A stretch of DNA of 53,007 bases from a virus: IMG/VR virus record IMGVR_UViG_3300020047_004354, positions 1-53,007 of that record; one strand, 5' to 3'. The translations under genes and the position numbers were made by a program. Under the pieces are notes generated by a model. The model saw only the letters and a list, made by a program, of their open reading frames with translations, was not told the origin of the DNA and made no database searches. Each line of letters opens with the position of its first letter. Positions within the stretch are counted from its first letter, which is position 1. This document shows, in pieces, positions 51,101 through 53,007 of the stretch.

Positions 51101-52519
51101 TAAACCTCTTTGATCTTTTCTAACTTGTCTTAAACCAATCTTATTAAGAATACCATCAAACTTACCTTGTTTAGAACCATAGATTGCTTCTTCAGTATTT
51201 CTTGCTTGGTTAATAGATTGAAAGATAGAACTACCTCCACCTAATAAACCACCCAAAGCAATTGATTCATGTAACTCTTTATTATTCTCAAAGTCATTAG
51301 CATATTGAGATATTGACTCTATAAATTGATCTAAAGCATTATCTTTAATATTACCTTTCTCAACTTGTTGTTGAGTTACTGTTTGTAATCCTTCTTCAAA
51401 GAATCCTTCTTTAGCAACATTCTTTAAAAAGTTTTTACTGTAAGTACCTGCTTGCTCTTTAAATGTTTTTCTAGTAGCATTCTTTAAACCATCAATATCA
51501 AGAACACCGTTCTTCATAAATTGATTAATCAATCCTTCAGCCGCCTTATCTTGACCAGATAATCCAACAGACTTCCATAACCATTTTTCTTCAAGTAAAT
51601 TGCTTACTGGAAGAATAACCATATTAGTTTTGAATACTGCTGCGGCACCTTTACCAGCATCTTGATTTGCTAATTGTTCTGCTTGATCTTGACCTAATCC
51701 TTGATTAAGATATTCTTGTAATTTAGTATTCTTAATATTATCAAATGTATTTGCTGCTTCTGCTGCTGATTCAATAACAGAATTACTAATGGCTGCTGTA
51801 TAACCATCTACATTCCTAGCAGTATTCAAAGACATTTTATAAGGTTTCAAAGAATCAGATGCTAATCCCATAAACTTAGAAACATCTTGACCAGCATTTG
51901 CTAATCCTTCAATACCACCCATTATTCTTTGACCTACCTTACCTGCTTTTAATAAAGCCCCCGGCCCATACATTGCTAACATAAAACCAATACCTTCTGC
52001 ACCTGTTTCAGCCCACCAACCATAAGAAGATAGTTTGTCCCAAACATTTCCATCTAGTACTTCTTGTTTAACATGAACAGGAAAGAAATTCTTAATTGAT
52101 TCATCCATAGATTCAAAAGCATTAACCCATGAATTATCAACCATCATTTTCATGCTGTCCTTTCCATCTGAAAATAATTCATTTCCTACTGCTGCTAATC
52201 CACCACCAATATATCCGGGAGTTTTACCAATTTCAGTAACAACTGTTCCTGCTAAGTTTTTTAAACCCTTAGCAGTTAATGACCAAAAATCTTCATCATT
52301 AGATAATTGATTTTGCAATGCTTGTTGTTGATATTGGCTATTGCCTAAAGTACCCCTACCCTCTTCAATTTGAAAAGGAGTAAGGGTTTCTAGTTCATTA
52401 CCACCAGTGCTAGTTTGAATAGGATTGGCTGTGGCTTTTAATGTATCTCCTGCAACACTTCTCTCAAGAGCATAAGGATCTTTACTTGATTGTGTTGATG
52501 GTATTTTAAATTTACTCAT
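48146..52519 (-). CDS. Very large late protein, probably virion- or ejection-associated
   Basis: Intact 1457-codon ORF in the late arm, start overlapping the neighbouring gene; function inferred from position and size only. Confidence 0.7.
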   Translation of the reverse strand: MSKFKIPSTQSSKDPYALERSVAGDTLKATANPIQTSTGGNELETLTPFQIEEGRGTLGNSQYQQQALQNQLSNDEDFWSLTAKGLKNLAGTVVTEIGKTPGYIGGGLAAVGNELFSDGKDSMKMMVDNSWVNAFESMDESIKNFFPVHVKQEVLDGNVWDKLSSYGWWAETGAEGIGFMLAMYGPGALLKAGKVGQRIMGGIEGLANAGQDVSKFMGLASDSLKPYKMSLNTARNVDGYTAAISNSVIESAAEAANTFDNIKNTKLQEYLNQGLGQDQAEQLANQDAGKGAAAVFKTNMVILPVSNLLEEKWLWKSVGLSGQDKAAEGLINQFMKNGVLDIDGLKNATRKTFKEQAGTYSKNFLKNVAKEGFFEEGLQTVTQQQVEKGNIKDNALDQFIESISQYANDFENNKELHESIALGGLLGGGSSIFQSINQARNTEEAIYGSKQGKFDGILNKIGLRQVRKDQRGLSNLLSENWINNFKSYDDLLTDGKLDQEKLVKLPQEQQSLANLHFLYDSAVETGDKLTQDIVGQYLATNYAQPFLGQVGGKQVFQQHVDNQVVPEWSNRFKNLTGRDATNIEINEFKKRFLDSANPVFDNYTKVEDTHYPERYYQDKENPDRYKDFKNHYFKQKLQALTNVTAADKQIAESTTKITVGDNLTGIQKTNNKIANAEIDNANKVKQEAADYYESLFTKKGVKDLYDLYSKQEDTVNEVLEEVTKDQLKDAQVAEQKIENIQTAEAKLQQAESNQDQPVVIKTKDGRLLETMLDDDGSRYVFDNGNVRPLTEDELTQATIVKPEDVKREVEKQESAVPVIEETLPEEPIDEKLHEAFLQNDLGTGLYPSTGMHVSYDNVKGRIYDTLTSEGLPKLNDSVHQRNWFDTLDKITNINDYNVKVVNKTNANQEQLRVILENGGNQVQDTDLFIFLYKDDSPVTIDSNPVFTSLWRPDTLYKELSQQSLSARLAPMTVYNSYLESIGISQQEIIYDDLSNFSPTEYNKLISIIGKENSSSDRLWYIAARWAKDDYIQWYNSLQQPNTFLQPMNITNGKRLVKRNQDRSIVWNPILGNVPGFSIKNQKLVNGDIVQQYTPQGVKVGNKYYNFGIGDSVLVSNDQAYRLKQSNLSSNEVKTVLYLLSLKDLNAPQESVNLPVRSVIKQKNDSGGFVDKVFENTPVFGSNTEYGLIKSLINFGYGTSKGSIYLSGNNVEFVDWDGNLQTVPIRIIKNTFLDNDFYNPPIEKLMVFLSNKKFNINENLLRADSDFQYPNLKRNTNASYTIGFENKGKYKAFLSQDNKVLTDSVIVEGYPKRLSRNLQFAKQPTIQIVEESNVEKLSVKTETLEEILTKTFRSKDSTDRDFKRTIDLLKNASPAVIEKQFLVSYDMAVKMKLKYEKIVEDFNTLKVTEQPKVDPRLEKLKNRKRTEMPNLGDVDKIFSPTDILNQKLQSGEITKYCK

Positions 52520-53007
52520 TTGCTTGAATTACATTATTCATTAAGTTAACCACTTGTCCTTGAGGTAATTTAGCAACTTCTCTTTCTACAGGAGTTTTTG
52601 CTATAATTTCTTTACCTTTTCTATCTTGAGTGATAGAGGACATATTAGATTTAATATTAGTTACTACCTTCTGACCATTTGGAGAAATAAAAACTTCTGC
52701 TACATATTTACCACCAGATTGATCCATAAGACCAAATGTTTCATAAGTCATAGTAGCACCCGTTTGAGGATCAATAGTCTGATATGTATTCTTAGTATCA
52801 ATACCAGAATATCCCATATAAGAACCGGGAACTAAATTACCAGAAGCATCTGGAAATAAAATATCATTCAAAGGTTTAGTCTTACTTTTAGTAAGATTAT
52901 TAACCATTACTTGAGTAGAAGCATCTGAAAGATTAACTCCTTTCTCAACAGTATTAATAATATCAGCAATAGCATTAGCAGATATTTGTTCTCCAGCATT
53001 AACCTTT
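52512..53007 (-). CDS. Late hypothetical protein, 5' end outside the window
   Basis: Open frame continues past the 52907 Met to the window edge. Confidence 0.65.
   Translation of the reverse strand, partial: KVNAGEQISANAIADIINTVEKGVNLSDASTQVMVNNLTKSKTKPLNDILFPDASGNLVPGSYMGYSGIDTKNTYQTIDPQTGATMTYETFGLMDQSGGKYVAEVFISPNGQKVVTNIKSNMSSITQDRKGKEIIAKTPVEREVAKLPQGQVVNLMNNVIQANE

Noticed and set aside
36000-52500. +-strand ORFs antisense to the giant late genes (e.g. 38439-38621, 42289-42555, 45949-46287)
   Set aside because: Short, serine/leucine-rich mirror ORFs opposite well-supported long coding regions.
1-53007. tRNA genes, CRISPR arrays, retron or DGR elements
   Set aside because: No cloverleaf-like segment with a T-loop consensus, no regular short direct repeats, and no reverse transcriptase motif were recognised by eye; a tRNAscan/ARAGORN run, including relaxed 8-nt anticodon-loop models, would be needed to be sure.

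Overview
This 53 kb AT-rich window looks like part of a crAss-like (Crassvirales-type) phage genome. It has a +-strand arm (about 1-35.26 kb) of early, replication and accessory genes, and a --strand arm (about 35.3-53 kb) of very large late genes, including a predicted virion RNA polymerase-type protein with a DFDID motif. The arms converge on a bidirectional terminator hairpin at 35260-35289. The most unusual observation is that at least 15 genes are open only if the ribosome, or the sequence, gains one base at an in-frame CGG codon. At 19 sites (16 on + genes, 3 on - genes) the coding sequence reads NNN-C-GGN, and skipping the C restores the downstream frame and puts a glycine at that position. 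Several of these glycines are invariant motif residues (Walker A GKT, GIY, YIG). By hand I found 23 in-frame CGG codons in supported ORFs: 19 are +1 shift points and 4 read as ordinary Arg. Dozens of CGG trinucleotides in the other two frames are not shift points. This is compatible with programmed +1 frameshifting or quadruplet (CGGN) decoding across the replication module, and possibly a translational gate. The dull alternatives, a systematic sequencing or assembly insertion or a deliberately altered sequence, must be excluded with raw reads. Other notable items are a WGR-PARP gene overlapping a macrodomain-like gene, a candidate ~2,810-codon zincin-RNAP-SF1 helicase polyprotein interrupted by one in-frame TGA and one CGG shift, an M20/M42-like peptidase, a glycoside-hydrolase-like protein, and repeated microproteins. 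I saw no tRNA, rRNA, CRISPR array or integrase in the window.
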